DNA of 64,000 nt from a virus, in IMG/VR virus record IMGVR_UViG_3300005077_000003, positions 113,612 to 177,611 of that record. One strand, 5' to 3'. The position numbers and the translations under genes were made by a program. A model generated the notes under the pieces. The model was not told the origin of the DNA. It made no database searches and saw only the letters and a list, made by a program, of their open reading frames with translations. Shown in pieces: positions 1 to 12,192 of this stretch. How positions within the stretch are numbered: position 1 is the first letter of the stretch; each line of letters begins with the position of its first letter.

Positions 1-20
1 TGGGCTACAGTATATATACC

Positions 21-3000
21 ATGACATTTCATCCGCAATACGGACATTGGTCTAGAGAAACCTTTTCAGATTCTGGCGGGGCAATATATGAAAACCCCGG
101 AGAGTTTGAAATACGTGGTGGCGTAACCAAGCTTATACCAGTAAATTTTAATACTGGAACTTATTCTTTTAATGCGCCCTGGGACCAAGTACCTGAATGG
201 CATATTAATTCTACAATGGATTCCAAGTCCATTGTAACAGGAGACTTTTTTATATATACTGGCACAACTACGTCATCCTATGGTAATATAGGTACATATT
301 ACAATAGTGCATTTTATACTAGCGGTAATCAATCCTGTTTTGTATTAGGTCTTGGTCCAGACGGTTTAGGATCTGGTGTAACAATTGAACTTGATACAAG
401 ATCTTTATGGGCAGCTCAAAGCGGTAGCTTAACAGGGACTGGAGACTGCGCCTTTTATCCAAGTATAATATTTGCGAGAAATGGTACCGAACTTAAATAT
501 GCGCAAATAGAAATTCGCCCAGATGGTTTAAGGATACCATATATATCAGGTGCCTATATACCAGGAGACTATAACGATGCACTAAGAGCAATTAGAATAA
601 TTAAGAATGGCGACGATATTATACTAATGACTCAAAAGGATGAACAGGTCCTTTATGTTAACGATGGTATGCAAGATTATTCTTCGGCAATTCCTAATGT
701 AGAAGACTATATCGCATTTGGTAGTTGGCCACAAGTACAAAGTAATAAATATTATTCTGGAGCAGCAGGAAACGCAAAGTTTATAGATTTTTATACTTCT
801 CCTAACTCATCTGGCTTTCAAGGTATGGCCTTATGGGATGATGTTAAAATAAATACTGGCTTAGCTGTTTCAATTAGACCAGAAGATTACTTCCCGGATT
901 ATCCAGGCGGGGATAAGGTTATATACACTGATGAATGGCATCCAAGCAATAGTATAACATCATATCAAAATGCTTTTGTTTCTGTTATAGGGACAAGTGG
1001 AGGTAGAACAAAAGTAGAAGTAGAATATCTTGAACCACTTGGTGATTACGGCGATAAGCAGTGGACTCAATATTCTGAATACTTAAATATAACTAGTGGT
1101 CATAATGAAACCTATTACTTAGGCTTAACTGACATACCAGTTCAAAGTGATAAATTTGGTAATGCATTAAGATTTAAGATAACTTCTACAAAAGCCGCTT
1201 TTGATCGTGGCGTTCCACCAGAAGTAGATACTATAACAGTAATAGCAAACAATAATGCAAATGTAGGTATTATAAAACCAAACTGGAAAATGTCTGCTCT
1301 TCCAAAAGAGCATATAGTATATCCAGACATTATAGCTCACGATAAGTACATACCAAAACCAAGCCCCCAAGATATTTGGTTCTTACATAACGAAGATGGT
1401 ATAGATAATATAGCTTGCAATACCTATATAAGTCAAGCACAAGTAGGATTACTTAGTGGATTAGTTACTGGTACTTTAACAGATTTTGATACTGTACCGC
1501 AGGGGCTTGTCAAAATAACTGACGGTATATATGGTAATGCATGGAGTAACTTTGGATATAGCGGTGAATATGTAGCAGTATGGGAATCTACTAATTCATA
1601 TTTTACCGGCTCATCCGGCGATGGTGGGATGGCTGAAGGCGAGCTACTTGATATATATTCTATATATCCCACTGGAGCTATGACATTAGCTTACGGTACC
1701 CATTCAGTAAAATATAGTATTTATAAATATAGTGACTTTGATGGTGTAGAACGTAAAGCTCAAAAAGTAAGAGTAATTAACTATAACAAAGAAACTACAG
1801 ACTCAAGCTACTATGATACATGGGTTGGAATGCATATTAATAATATGCAAGTTCCTAGCAAAACTGGTACGCAAAGGCAATTTGGTATAATAGAAGGCAT
1901 AATCAAAATACCAAAAGGTCCTGGTGTTACTATTGCTCTTCATGAAGGAGCTACAACTTCAAAAGTTTTCCTTAAAGGATCTGAGTATCGTACGCCAAAA
2001 CCATTTGCTTGTGCCACAAAATATTTTAAAACACATACAGGAGAAGGGCAAAACGGTCCCACCTACGCTTCATTTGGAGTATTACCAAGAAGCACTGGAC
2101 TCTCAATTCCAAACTACTATGAATACGGAGAATGGACAGAGCCATTTGATAGAGATAGAGTAGACGAGTTTATACTATATAGCGTTACTGGATATATAGC
2201 AGACCACTCATATATTATATATAGTGGTGGTGACGTAACTAACTGGAGAATAGGCGCTGGCATTACTGGTGGCGCTCAAATAGCTCTCAACTGGGGTACT
2301 GGTTGGGGAGAGTCCGGCACACTAGGTACAGTACAAGAAATAAATGAAAATTTCAATGAACAAGGGTATGTTGTTGATTACGTCCCAGTAAGGAGAAATT
2401 CATTATTGTTCGAAGGCTGGTTCAGGCCATATGGAATTAGAGATCATACCGAAACAGAGCAGCTATTAGCTTCACTAACTGACAACCATGCTTCTGCGAG
2501 AGGAATGCATGTATACCTATCAAGAGATGGTTCAATAAGAACTACCGTACAAACCGCTACGTGCTATGCATCATTTGGATTAATGGGCGACAGCGTAGTT
2601 GCGTCACCAGTTACAAATGAACTAAACTCAAAAGAGTATAGAGTTTTATGGGGCAACTGGAATCATATAGGGATATGTACAGAATTTGCTGCAATAGGAG
2701 ATGGTAATATAGCATCAAATCAACCTGCTGCACCAATAGATCCATATACTAGAGAAGTATTGCATGGTGCCAGGGCATCAAAAATATACTTAACTCTTAA
2801 TGGCAGAATAGTTGATGAAGTAGATTGTTGTTATGATACATATAGCAAATTAAATTATAATAGTGGAGCATTAGCTGCTGGATATCCTCCAGTAGATGCA
2901 GTAAAAGATTCTTTACCCCCATTAAAAATGTTAGCCGCCAGGACTGGCGCATTTATTTCTACCATTGGGTCTGGAGTATATACAGATTTTGACCACGTCA

Positions 3001-5156
3001 GAATGAGCGTAAGAGATAGTGCTGACGTGCTTACAGACATATTTACACTTGGTAGTAAAGACACACCAGGTCTCCTATCCCATAAGAATGCGCCAAAGCC
3101 ATTTGCTCCAGTCGCTAGTGGAGTATCCCATTGGGAGCTTGCACATATATATAGATTTGATGAGCAATTAGATAAATATAATTTACTGGATGACGGGTTT
3201 GCTCCTGGCCACGCATTATTAGCGGGGTGGCCGACATTAGCCTCTGGTACTTCAGAACTTGAACCATATGAAGCAGACCCAATATATTTTATAAGTGAAG
3301 ATACTGGTCCAGATGGAAGGAGAGCTCTTCGTATAGGTCCAGGTGCACGCATTGATATTCCATGGAATTCATTTGATGAAAGACTATTTAACGGTCCCTA
3401 TTCTATGGATTATTCTGGTAATTATATAGTAACAGGTACTTCTCATTATACTGGCTATATGGCAGATAGAGGGTATGCTTTTAGCAGACAATGCTCCGAC
3501 TCTGCTCCAAGAATGGGAGGATGGTTCAAGCTTAATAAATATCCAACCACAGGTATAATGGATCTTTGTACCTTTGATGAGTTTGGAGCCCCGGAAGATT
3601 ATGGTAAACATCAAGTTTATATGGGAGTTGATTATACTGGAGGCTTTAAACTTGGTACAAGATATAACTTCTCTACAACAAATGAGGTAGGCCCATATCA
3701 TGCCAATGTTGGTGTGCTTGACTTAAATACCTGGTACCATCTTGGTCTCAACTTCTCTTTAAGAGAGAATATGATTGAAGTAGCCAATAGAAACCTATGG
3801 AAACTATACTTAAATGGTGAAAGAGTCTGGCAAGCAAGTATAAGCGCAGGAACCGGGGGTGGTTCAGTATTAAGCCAAGGGCGGGCAATGGCTTACCAGG
3901 GGATTCAGGGCTATGGAGCAGGCACTAATTTCTCTAAGTTTAGAGTAGGTGGAGACCTTCCCAGAACAGGAGCAACCCATTCTTGGTCATACTGCTATGG
4001 CGATATAAGCGTACAAGATTTCGTTATAGGATACCAGCTACAGCTAGATGCCACCGGCGATTCAGTAGGAGACACCAGCCAATGGGACTGGGCAGCCTTA
4101 GCAAGCACCGGGCAAAAGTATGGACGAGATGAGATAATGGTAGCCAATGGAACCACAGTAGCTACTATATCTGGTGGTCCTGGTACTGGTACTGCATACT
4201 ATCCCGCCACATTATATGAAGATGCTGGTGAGCAATTAGTTTTCTTTACTGTCAATAGAGGTAATGATTATGAGTCTCTATTAAATAGAGGTTTAGCACT
4301 ATACCCAGAGGTACCATTTGTTAATGCCGCATCATATTATGTAATATACCAAGATGACAATTCAAGAGAAGTAATAGGATCTACTGATTCCCCAATACAA
4401 ATTGGGGATACTGTTCCAAGTGAAGGAGTAAATCTCGCACTTGTAAATATAAGCTCGTGGGATCCAGAGAAGTCTATATCAACATTTAATTTGTCAGATA
4501 GGACATATAGTAATATTACTCCAAAAATATTTGGCGATAGATACCTATCATTTGATACTATATCTGGTAGTATGATATCACGCCAAGCCACTATGACTGA
4601 TAATGTTAGGGTATCAAGTATCCCAGTATATTCTAATAATAGTAGTATATCAAATCCTGGTTACTTTATGCACCAGATAGGAGATGATAAAAAGGGCGTA
4701 TATATTAAGAGTGCATATGGGCATGCCAGTGCTTCAGGTGATTTAGTATTTAGTAATCTTGATAAGATCAATAACGCGATTTCAATAAAAGATGTTGATG
4801 GTAATGAAATTGATTATGAAACATTCTCCTATAAACTAATCGCAACTGGTAGTTTTAATAATATTCAACTTCAAGACGGCACTTTCGCTGTTACCTTGGT
4901 AGGCCAAAAACAAACTATTGGCCAATCTGTATTCATTCATTATCCATCAATAGACTATAGGAATGGTTACATAAACCTACAGGATAAAGAAGTATATAAT
5001 CCAATACCAGTTATGAAGCATATTTATACAGATATGTCTACTCCATTTAGTGGAGAGTTTTCTACTAATTATGGAATATTTAAAAACAAATTTGATATAA
5101 CAATATATGGAGCTACCACTGGCGAATTAATGACTGATAACCAAGGATCACTATGA
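21..5156 (+). CDS. Giant virion structural protein (1711 aa) with LamG/concanavalin-A-like jelly-roll domains
   Basis: Long ORF. LamG-like signatures LLFEGWFRP...WNHIGI...LTLNG and MGGWFKL...TWYHLGL...KLYLNGE. G/S/T/Y-rich beta-type composition. First gene of a coupled operon that ends in a fibre gene. Confidence 0.6.
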   Translation: MTFHPQYGHWSRETFSDSGGAIYENPGEFEIRGGVTKLIPVNFNTGTYSFNAPWDQVPEWHINSTMDSKSIVTGDFFIYTGTTTSSYGNIGTYYNSAFYTSGNQSCFVLGLGPDGLGSGVTIELDTRSLWAAQSGSLTGTGDCAFYPSIIFARNGTELKYAQIEIRPDGLRIPYISGAYIPGDYNDALRAIRIIKNGDDIILMTQKDEQVLYVNDGMQDYSSAIPNVEDYIAFGSWPQVQSNKYYSGAAGNAKFIDFYTSPNSSGFQGMALWDDVKINTGLAVSIRPEDYFPDYPGGDKVIYTDEWHPSNSITSYQNAFVSVIGTSGGRTKVEVEYLEPLGDYGDKQWTQYSEYLNITSGHNETYYLGLTDIPVQSDKFGNALRFKITSTKAAFDRGVPPEVDTITVIANNNANVGIIKPNWKMSALPKEHIVYPDIIAHDKYIPKPSPQDIWFLHNEDGIDNIACNTYISQAQVGLLSGLVTGTLTDFDTVPQGLVKITDGIYGNAWSNFGYSGEYVAVWESTNSYFTGSSGDGGMAEGELLDIYSIYPTGAMTLAYGTHSVKYSIYKYSDFDGVERKAQKVRVINYNKETTDSSYYDTWVGMHINNMQVPSKTGTQRQFGIIEGIIKIPKGPGVTIALHEGATTSKVFLKGSEYRTPKPFACATKYFKTHTGEGQNGPTYASFGVLPRSTGLSIPNYYEYGEWTEPFDRDRVDEFILYSVTGYIADHSYIIYSGGDVTNWRIGAGITGGAQIALNWGTGWGESGTLGTVQEINENFNEQGYVVDYVPVRRNSLLFEGWFRPYGIRDHTETEQLLASLTDNHASARGMHVYLSRDGSIRTTVQTATCYASFGLMGDSVVASPVTNELNSKEYRVLWGNWNHIGICTEFAAIGDGNIASNQPAAPIDPYTREVLHGARASKIYLTLNGRIVDEVDCCYDTYSKLNYNSGALAAGYPPVDAVKDSLPPLKMLAARTGAFISTIGSGVYTDFDHVRMSVRDSADVLTDIFTLGSKDTPGLLSHKNAPKPFAPVASGVSHWELAHIYRFDEQLDKYNLLDDGFAPGHALLAGWPTLASGTSELEPYEADPIYFISEDTGPDGRRALRIGPGARIDIPWNSFDERLFNGPYSMDYSGNYIVTGTSHYTGYMADRGYAFSRQCSDSAPRMGGWFKLNKYPTTGIMDLCTFDEFGAPEDYGKHQVYMGVDYTGGFKLGTRYNFSTTNEVGPYHANVGVLDLNTWYHLGLNFSLRENMIEVANRNLWKLYLNGERVWQASISAGTGGGSVLSQGRAMAYQGIQGYGAGTNFSKFRVGGDLPRTGATHSWSYCYGDISVQDFVIGYQLQLDATGDSVGDTSQWDWAALASTGQKYGRDEIMVANGTTVATISGGPGTGTAYYPATLYEDAGEQLVFFTVNRGNDYESLLNRGLALYPEVPFVNAASYYVIYQDDNSREVIGSTDSPIQIGDTVPSEGVNLALVNISSWDPEKSISTFNLSDRTYSNITPKIFGDRYLSFDTISGSMISRQATMTDNVRVSSIPVYSNNSSISNPGYFMHQIGDDKKGVYIKSAYGHASASGDLVFSNLDKINNAISIKDVDGNEIDYETFSYKLIATGSFNNIQLQDGTFAVTLVGQKQTIGQSVFIHYPSIDYRNGYINLQDKEVYNPIPVMKHIYTDMSTPFSGEFSTNYGIFKNKFDITIYGATTGELMTDNQGSL

Positions 5157-8100
5157 TATCTAATAGAGCAATAGCACATGCTAGGGAAATAATTTTGCCT
5201 CATACTACAAGGCCTGTTGGGGTTCTATTATTTACTGATCCACTATATCCAAATAATAGTGTTGATTATAAAGTAAGTTTAACCACAACACAAATTGGTA
5301 TATATACTAGTGGTCAAGATCCATTTATGGTAGACTACGTTGGTAAAACTATAAAGCAAGTAGCTGCTGAATTAAGCAATTCGCCATTTCCAATAGAAGT
5401 AAAGTCACTTGTAGATATATCTTATTTACAAGAAGGAGAGCTGCTAACAAGTGGGACCACTATACCATCTAGTTTTAGCCTAATAGATAGAAGTATAGAC
5501 GGGAAAGGCGCTATAATAAGAGCGCGTCGCTGGTCAATTAGTTATAATAAACAAACAACAGTAGAAGTAAAAGCGCCGTACAACACAGGTTCTGTGCAGC
5601 CATGGTATGCAAGAATTAGCAATGGTTCATTTTCTAAAATAGAGAATGCCACATTATATTACTTTGGCGTACCAGAATATAAAAACCAAGCATGGTCTAC
5701 CAGATTTGGTTATCCCTTTGTAGACGTAGAAGGAGAGAGAGTTAATTTAGTAGGTGATAAAAAAATAAGAACTAATAGGTCACCTATATATTGGAAAGGT
5801 AACAATATAGTTATTACAGATATATCTGGTAGTAGAGTATATCCATCTACTATTATAAAAGATGTTGATACTATTAATGGAATAATCTATTTAACAGATG
5901 GTGCTAGGGTTGGCAGCAATGCATTAATTCACTATACATATAAAGAAGATAATCTAATATATAGGGGGGTGAATTTAAATGCACATTTCTCACAGAATCC
6001 GCAGATTCTTGATATGTATGTTGTATACTATGCGCTACCAATAAAATCTACTGCAGGTGGGGAGAGAGAAAAAGGTATATATCATTCTATTGGTAATAGT
6101 ATACCAGAAGCAATTAATAATATAACAGATGTATCTATGGCAGAAGCTATTGCTATACTTGGAGCAATACATGTTACATCTAATTTGGGATATGAAGAAT
6201 CAAATATAATTGATACAAGAAGTTATGGCGGCGGCCTTACTGAAGATAGAGTTGGTAAACTAGCAGAGAAAAGATTCCCGCAAACTCAATACTTTAATGA
6301 TCTAAGCACATATGATGGTATACCATATCATGGATCTGCAGCAGTTGTGGTAGAACTACCAAAAGAAATTACTAACGTAATGTCATTGGAAGACTTGAAA
6401 AGAGCTACCAAAAAGTTTATTGCTGCAGGTGTATATGTAATCATGGACTATGAGAACATATCAAATATATGGTATCCAACTGAAAGAACGCCTGATATAT
6501 CGCAGGTAAGTTTTGGGCTTAGAAGAAGGGCCGAACCAGAAAGAAGAAACTATCTTGACTTTACAACTACCTGGTATGACTCTGGTGATGCAATTGCTGC
6601 TGGGTTCGGATCAAGCTGGGCATATCAATATCAGGTTAAGCTAGCTGTTAGGGGTAACCCTTTATATTATACACTATATAATGATGTAGAAAGATCAGAT
6701 GGACAAGTACCAACATGGAAGCTATGGATACAAAGCGGTCAAGGCGGCGGTCTTGATGCCTACCATGTTATGTGGGGATATGTAAGAAAAGATTGGGGGT
6801 ACCCATATAACTGGGAAACAGAACACTCATTTGGTCATGATACTCCATACTATGATCCTCTAGTAATAGGATATGCAACAGATTACAATACAATTTCTGT
6901 AGAAGTTAAAGAGCCTGAAACTGATGCTGCAGAATATTTCTCTATTTCAATGGAAGTTAGGGGAACAACAGGAACCCCAACTATAGTAAAGAAAGATTTC
7001 TGGGGTGCATGTTTTAAATGGGTAAATGGAGTTCCTGTATGGAACAATAGTTTAGCTGCCGGTGCACTTAATAAGAACCTCCCTTCTGGTAGTTCTTTTG
7101 TTAAGTATGTTAGAGATGGTTGGTATAGATGCGGTATAACTGTACACTTAACAGGAAGTGATCTTGATTATTTTAGTGGTGATTATAGGCAACTATTCCT
7201 CCGCCCTAATGATCCAGGAAGCGTTGGTCCTGTTTTACCAGGTATTGGAGATTTTGGTAAAGGAACTTACTTTGCTAGACCTCAAGTTCAGGATACTCCA
7301 AACTTCACCTATTATCAAGAGATACCTGGCATGTGGGATGTTACTCTTAAAGATGATGATCCACGCAAAGATAGTTTTCATACACTATTAGATAAACAAG
7401 TAGGACCAACAGGTACTGCACCAGGTTGGATCAACTCTAGGTTAAGACTCCCTAATGATATAACAACTGGTTATAATGCATTAACATATGATTGTACTCC
7501 TGATGTAAAAAATAATCATATACATATAGAGCCGGGCCAAACTTATTATGTAAAATATCTGCGTAGCTCTCCACATGCGAACTTCTCTTGGGAAGAGCTA
7601 AATAATGAAGGTAAGTGGGTAAGCAAAACACATATAGATAAAAGAGATGTACCTGCTAATACTATAGCTGCTGGTAAGATAACTTTCTCAAGTAGAGCCG
7701 AGAAAGAGATCCGCAATTTTTCTGGTATTGCCCCGTTTAAAGCAAACACTATTGATAGCTTAATAGATAAAATAATACCAGAAGTACATCAAATATATTT
7801 AGACCTATCCGCGCTTAGTCTTACAGGTACTTCATACCAAGTAGCCACAGGTGTGGTATCAAATATATCAGACGGTACAATATCATTACCAAACGTAGGA
7901 ACAACAACAGAACTGCTAACAGATTTGTCATACAAACAATTTTTACTTAATACCTATAACATAGGTAGTATGGTTGCTAACTATAAATCTGTTGCTCTTA
8001 GTACAAATCCTTTAGCCGTAGGAAGGGCGCTCTTATTTGCCAGCGGAGTTCTATACACAAGTGATTATCCAAGAAGATATGATTGGAACACTAAAACACT

Positions 8101-9433
8101 TATACCACATATAAATACTCCATATGATTTTATGGATGAACTATATACATATTCAAAATACACACAAGATGTAATTAATGAATATGTATATGGAAGATAT
8201 TATCCAACATCTACTGCGCCAACAGAAGCAGATCCTTTATTAGCAGTTGTACAATCTGGTATATTTGCTTTAGCCACTCAGTTTGAAGAAGACACTACTG
8301 CTCCAGGCGGATGGGATATTGGTGGTCAAATAAGATCTCCATTCTTTAGAGCCTCATCTACAACAGAATATCCTTTAAGCGGAGATTACGCGGAAACAGC
8401 TGAAGACATAAGCAATATGTATCTATCAACTGATTACGTAAGAGCGTATGCAAAACTTTATACTGCCCAAGATAGACATACTAATGCAGAGTTTGCAAAT
8501 GCTACAAGTATACAATATAATATATCACCGCTTAATATCGCGGTATCAGGCATAAATTCAGCTATACATCATTTTGAAAGATATTACTTTGCTCCTAGGT
8601 TTAGTGGAGAATACAAAACCCTAAACTGGCTATATACATATAATAGACACGGGAAATTAGCTGGCAGATTTGTAAGGAACATAACATCTGCTATTGATGA
8701 TATCTATTTTGGAAATGGAGAATGGGCTGGTTGGTATGGCGAAAAAGGCGGCGGCTATGCAGGCCCTCCACAACAGTTTGAAGACACTAGATTTAGCGGC
8801 CAATTTAGTAGACCAGAAGGCGGAAGTGTAGTACTATCAGGGCATTTCCCGCTTATGATAAGTGGATATAAGCAAATTCTTGATGAAATGCGCCCGCTTG
8901 TTGAAGCAAATATGCAGTTTGGTGGTATTACAACACCTGAAATGGTAGACTTAATAAGAGGCTATCTATGGATACCAAGGCGTGCTGCAAGGAATTACCC
9001 GTACTTTGTTGATGCATTCAATCAAGATGATATTGATACATTTGAATTAGGTATGACATCATTACTAAAAGGGTCTTTTACAGAAGACGGACAATTCTTT
9101 GAAAGTACCTCTTTCAAGCATGAGCCAGTAGGGCAGCCATATTTCCCAGTAGAAGTATTTAAGGGAGCTGTTGATGCAGTAGAGTACTATAGACAAATAG
9201 ATGATTCTTACAATGAAGCTAGGTGGATAGCCATATTAGATGGTATGTGGAATACAGCTACTGGCCTATATAAGAATACCTATGGATATCCAACAATGCT
9301 AACCTTTGATAATAGTGGTGATTCTGGATCTAAATTACTTGAAGCTGCCCTACCTATATTATCTCTTAAGCCCGATCAATATACTAGTGGAGATCTGTTC
9401 ACATTAACTGGTGGTATGTCATCTAGGATATAA
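5153..9433 (+). CDS. Large virion structural protein (tail/baseplate-like, 1426 aa)
   Basis: ATGA overlap with the upstream gene; structural-operon context; no enzyme motifs recognised. Confidence 0.5.
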   Translation: MISNRAIAHAREIILPHTTRPVGVLLFTDPLYPNNSVDYKVSLTTTQIGIYTSGQDPFMVDYVGKTIKQVAAELSNSPFPIEVKSLVDISYLQEGELLTSGTTIPSSFSLIDRSIDGKGAIIRARRWSISYNKQTTVEVKAPYNTGSVQPWYARISNGSFSKIENATLYYFGVPEYKNQAWSTRFGYPFVDVEGERVNLVGDKKIRTNRSPIYWKGNNIVITDISGSRVYPSTIIKDVDTINGIIYLTDGARVGSNALIHYTYKEDNLIYRGVNLNAHFSQNPQILDMYVVYYALPIKSTAGGEREKGIYHSIGNSIPEAINNITDVSMAEAIAILGAIHVTSNLGYEESNIIDTRSYGGGLTEDRVGKLAEKRFPQTQYFNDLSTYDGIPYHGSAAVVVELPKEITNVMSLEDLKRATKKFIAAGVYVIMDYENISNIWYPTERTPDISQVSFGLRRRAEPERRNYLDFTTTWYDSGDAIAAGFGSSWAYQYQVKLAVRGNPLYYTLYNDVERSDGQVPTWKLWIQSGQGGGLDAYHVMWGYVRKDWGYPYNWETEHSFGHDTPYYDPLVIGYATDYNTISVEVKEPETDAAEYFSISMEVRGTTGTPTIVKKDFWGACFKWVNGVPVWNNSLAAGALNKNLPSGSSFVKYVRDGWYRCGITVHLTGSDLDYFSGDYRQLFLRPNDPGSVGPVLPGIGDFGKGTYFARPQVQDTPNFTYYQEIPGMWDVTLKDDDPRKDSFHTLLDKQVGPTGTAPGWINSRLRLPNDITTGYNALTYDCTPDVKNNHIHIEPGQTYYVKYLRSSPHANFSWEELNNEGKWVSKTHIDKRDVPANTIAAGKITFSSRAEKEIRNFSGIAPFKANTIDSLIDKIIPEVHQIYLDLSALSLTGTSYQVATGVVSNISDGTISLPNVGTTTELLTDLSYKQFLLNTYNIGSMVANYKSVALSTNPLAVGRALLFASGVLYTSDYPRRYDWNTKTLIPHINTPYDFMDELYTYSKYTQDVINEYVYGRYYPTSTAPTEADPLLAVVQSGIFALATQFEEDTTAPGGWDIGGQIRSPFFRASSTTEYPLSGDYAETAEDISNMYLSTDYVRAYAKLYTAQDRHTNAEFANATSIQYNISPLNIAVSGINSAIHHFERYYFAPRFSGEYKTLNWLYTYNRHGKLAGRFVRNITSAIDDIYFGNGEWAGWYGEKGGGYAGPPQQFEDTRFSGQFSRPEGGSVVLSGHFPLMISGYKQILDEMRPLVEANMQFGGITTPEMVDLIRGYLWIPRRAARNYPYFVDAFNQDDIDTFELGMTSLLKGSFTEDGQFFESTSFKHEPVGQPYFPVEVFKGAVDAVEYYRQIDDSYNEARWIAILDGMWNTATGLYKNTYGYPTMLTFDNSGDSGSKLLEAALPILSLKPDQYTSGDLFTLTGGMSSRI

Positions 9434-12192
9434 TGGAAATACTAAAGAAAATATTTTCTGCAATACCAGCAGGACATCAAGCTGCAATTAAGCAAGTAAT
9501 GCTTGCTATAAGGAAATCTAGTGAAGATAAAACTTCACGAGAATTACAATTTGATGCCAAAAGATTGGTAAATATGGTTAAGGGTAATAAATCAGTATAT
9601 AATCCAATATATGCTAATACTCTTACTGTAATAAGTTCTGATGTACACAATCAGAATATGGAAGGTGCTTATATAGATCTAAAAACTCTATATACAGAAT
9701 CTGCGCATATAGGGAATATACAAAGCTATCAGAAAGCATCAATTGAAAGTAATTTCTCCAAAGCTAGGGCGGCTATTCTTAAACTAATAAATGATGCTCG
9801 CATATTTACGCTTAGAACAAGATACCAAGAGTTTGATGATATTAAACTAGTTAATTTTAATATTGCACGTAATGAAACCAAGCTAACACCAACCGCAATA
9901 ATTGATCAAGAAAGCAGACTACTTAAACTTCCCGAAGTAGCCAAAGTAAGAAACCATATTAAGAGGAGAGGCCAGCGCAATACAAAAGCTTCTGTTGAAT
10001 TATTAAGCGCTGGTCAAAAGGGACTTCTTTCAACCCAGTTTTCCCCAGACTTAGCCCTTGATAGTAAAACAGAAACATTCTGGGGAGAGATAATATATTC
10101 TTCAGAACCACTTCAAACAACTTATACGCGCATAAATATATCTGGACATGGATATCAAAATGAATTTGTAACAGGTCCAGTAGTAAAATTCAAAATAGAA
10201 TTCAGCTCTGCAGAATCAATAAATCAAATAAAAATTCTACCATTTGCACCAACAGCCGTAAAAGTATTAGATATAACATATAAACCATCTAGTGCATCAA
10301 CCGTAAAATATCCAATACCAGACTTTACTGTTGAAGAAAGCTTAGACTGGATAGAATATAATTTTGATAGAATTTATGCAAAAGAAATTGAAATAGTTTT
10401 TGCACAAGAAAGTTACCGCGAATATATTATCCATGCACCAAAGCATGTTTTATACTCCACTGACTTTTTCCTACGTCTTTTAGAAGAGCGCAAATTACAA
10501 CTACAAGAAATACCAGACTTAGACTCTATAGATATTGGTGGCAATCATGAAATTTATAATCAGGCAATAGAAGATTTATCTAGTTTAATACTAGAAAAAG
10601 AATTAGATAAATCACCAAGTACAGAATTAGATTTAGCCGGCAAAGTTATAATGTCTATAGGCGAGGCATTGGCCAGCTTTAGCCCTGATGTAGCAACCTT
10701 ATTAGAAGATGTATCAAACTATACGGCTGCATTACCAAAAGAAATATCTGATAAAATAGAAACCATAACAAAGTATGAGTATATATTAGGGGCTAAAGAA
10801 ATACAAGTAAATTATGTTGTATACTCTCCTTATGGGATATATCAGTCACCAGAGTTTGATACTGCGGCAACAGTAGTTTCTGCGCAATTATTAGTAGAAG
10901 AATCACACCCATCTTCTGTATCAATTAATGGATCAAGACCAAATACCTCAACAGAATGGGAGGTCGAATTTTCTAGTGATAGAAAGGTTCCTATATATCC
11001 CGCAAATAATGTTGAGAATGGATTCCTGCCAGTAATAGGGGAAAGATTAATACTAGACCCAATAACAAAGCTGGGCTTGTCAAGATTCTCTGCCCATATG
11101 AGTACGGTTGCTGTGAGAGAAAATGGTAGACTTTTAGATCCTTATTGGGGATATAGTTCTGTATGGTCATCTGATTATGATGGCAGATTACAGATAACTA
11201 TAACAGAAACAGAGTACGATAGTAATGCAGTATATACTATAGATTATTATGCCGCGCCATCTTCAAAAGAAATAGATGTGCTATCTAGATATGATGCGAA
11301 AAAAATTCCGTCTCCTGATTCATATGATAAAACAGATTCTGATAAGAAAGTAGTAACCAGCTATTTCCCATTTGTAGATTATAATATAATTAACTCTGAT
11401 GTATTCTTAAAAGATACAGATACAAATGACTATAAATATATTGCACCAACAGGCGTATATAATCTTGGGCTATTACGAGTAAATCCAAACTGGGTATTTG
11501 CATCTGGAATAGTACCTGATTCTGTTATATCTGGGAGTAACCAAGTAGTATTACAAACTGGGTGGGTTACAACAGGGGACTTTTCTGTACTTGATAGTGC
11601 ATATCTAACAAATCCATATAGGTACTACTTAAAAATACAGAACTATGAAACTCCATTTGAAGTACAGTCTATTGACAGTTCAACCGGCCTATCTCTTACA
11701 AGAGTTCCATTAATAAGCTCTGGAGAAATAGGGGATACTATTGATAGTCAGTATTTTATTGGGAATGCCCTATCTGGCACTACATGGCCCGACGTTACTA
11801 GCGGCCTTACTGGATATCTTGAAGTACCATATGAGCTCCATGTTGTATATAAAAATGGCGATGAACTATTCGGATTTGACCACCTAACTTATGCTCCTAT
11901 CACGGTTTATATCGGTGGTAGTAGAGCAAAAAATATTTCAGACTATGAAAATCTAGAGCAGCCGGCATTTACTGTATCAGAAAGTAATGATGATGAGTAC
12001 GAATTTATTCATGATGGTAAAAATATTTACTTCAATCAAGGAATATCTAGTACTGAAATACTAGTAGATTATAAGAAAATAATAGACTATATAAGAGTAA
12101 ACTGCATTCTTAGGTCTAATAAGATTATAAATCCTAACGTTAGTCCGCAAGTAAACGAGTATACTCTTATGCTCAATACAACAGTACTGTAA
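9433..12192 (+). CDS. Virion structural protein, paralogue family member 1 (919 aa)
   Basis: TAATG overlap with the upstream gene. N-terminal S..HN....Y.DL..LY motif and C-terminal IRVNCIL...SPQVNEY motif are shared with neighbours. Confidence 0.55.
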   Translation: MEILKKIFSAIPAGHQAAIKQVMLAIRKSSEDKTSRELQFDAKRLVNMVKGNKSVYNPIYANTLTVISSDVHNQNMEGAYIDLKTLYTESAHIGNIQSYQKASIESNFSKARAAILKLINDARIFTLRTRYQEFDDIKLVNFNIARNETKLTPTAIIDQESRLLKLPEVAKVRNHIKRRGQRNTKASVELLSAGQKGLLSTQFSPDLALDSKTETFWGEIIYSSEPLQTTYTRINISGHGYQNEFVTGPVVKFKIEFSSAESINQIKILPFAPTAVKVLDITYKPSSASTVKYPIPDFTVEESLDWIEYNFDRIYAKEIEIVFAQESYREYIIHAPKHVLYSTDFFLRLLEERKLQLQEIPDLDSIDIGGNHEIYNQAIEDLSSLILEKELDKSPSTELDLAGKVIMSIGEALASFSPDVATLLEDVSNYTAALPKEISDKIETITKYEYILGAKEIQVNYVVYSPYGIYQSPEFDTAATVVSAQLLVEESHPSSVSINGSRPNTSTEWEVEFSSDRKVPIYPANNVENGFLPVIGERLILDPITKLGLSRFSAHMSTVAVRENGRLLDPYWGYSSVWSSDYDGRLQITITETEYDSNAVYTIDYYAAPSSKEIDVLSRYDAKKIPSPDSYDKTDSDKKVVTSYFPFVDYNIINSDVFLKDTDTNDYKYIAPTGVYNLGLLRVNPNWVFASGIVPDSVISGSNQVVLQTGWVTTGDFSVLDSAYLTNPYRYYLKIQNYETPFEVQSIDSSTGLSLTRVPLISSGEIGDTIDSQYFIGNALSGTTWPDVTSGLTGYLEVPYELHVVYKNGDELFGFDHLTYAPITVYIGGSRAKNISDYENLEQPAFTVSESNDDEYEFIHDGKNIYFNQGISSTEILVDYKKIIDYIRVNCILRSNKIINPNVSPQVNEYTLMLNTTVL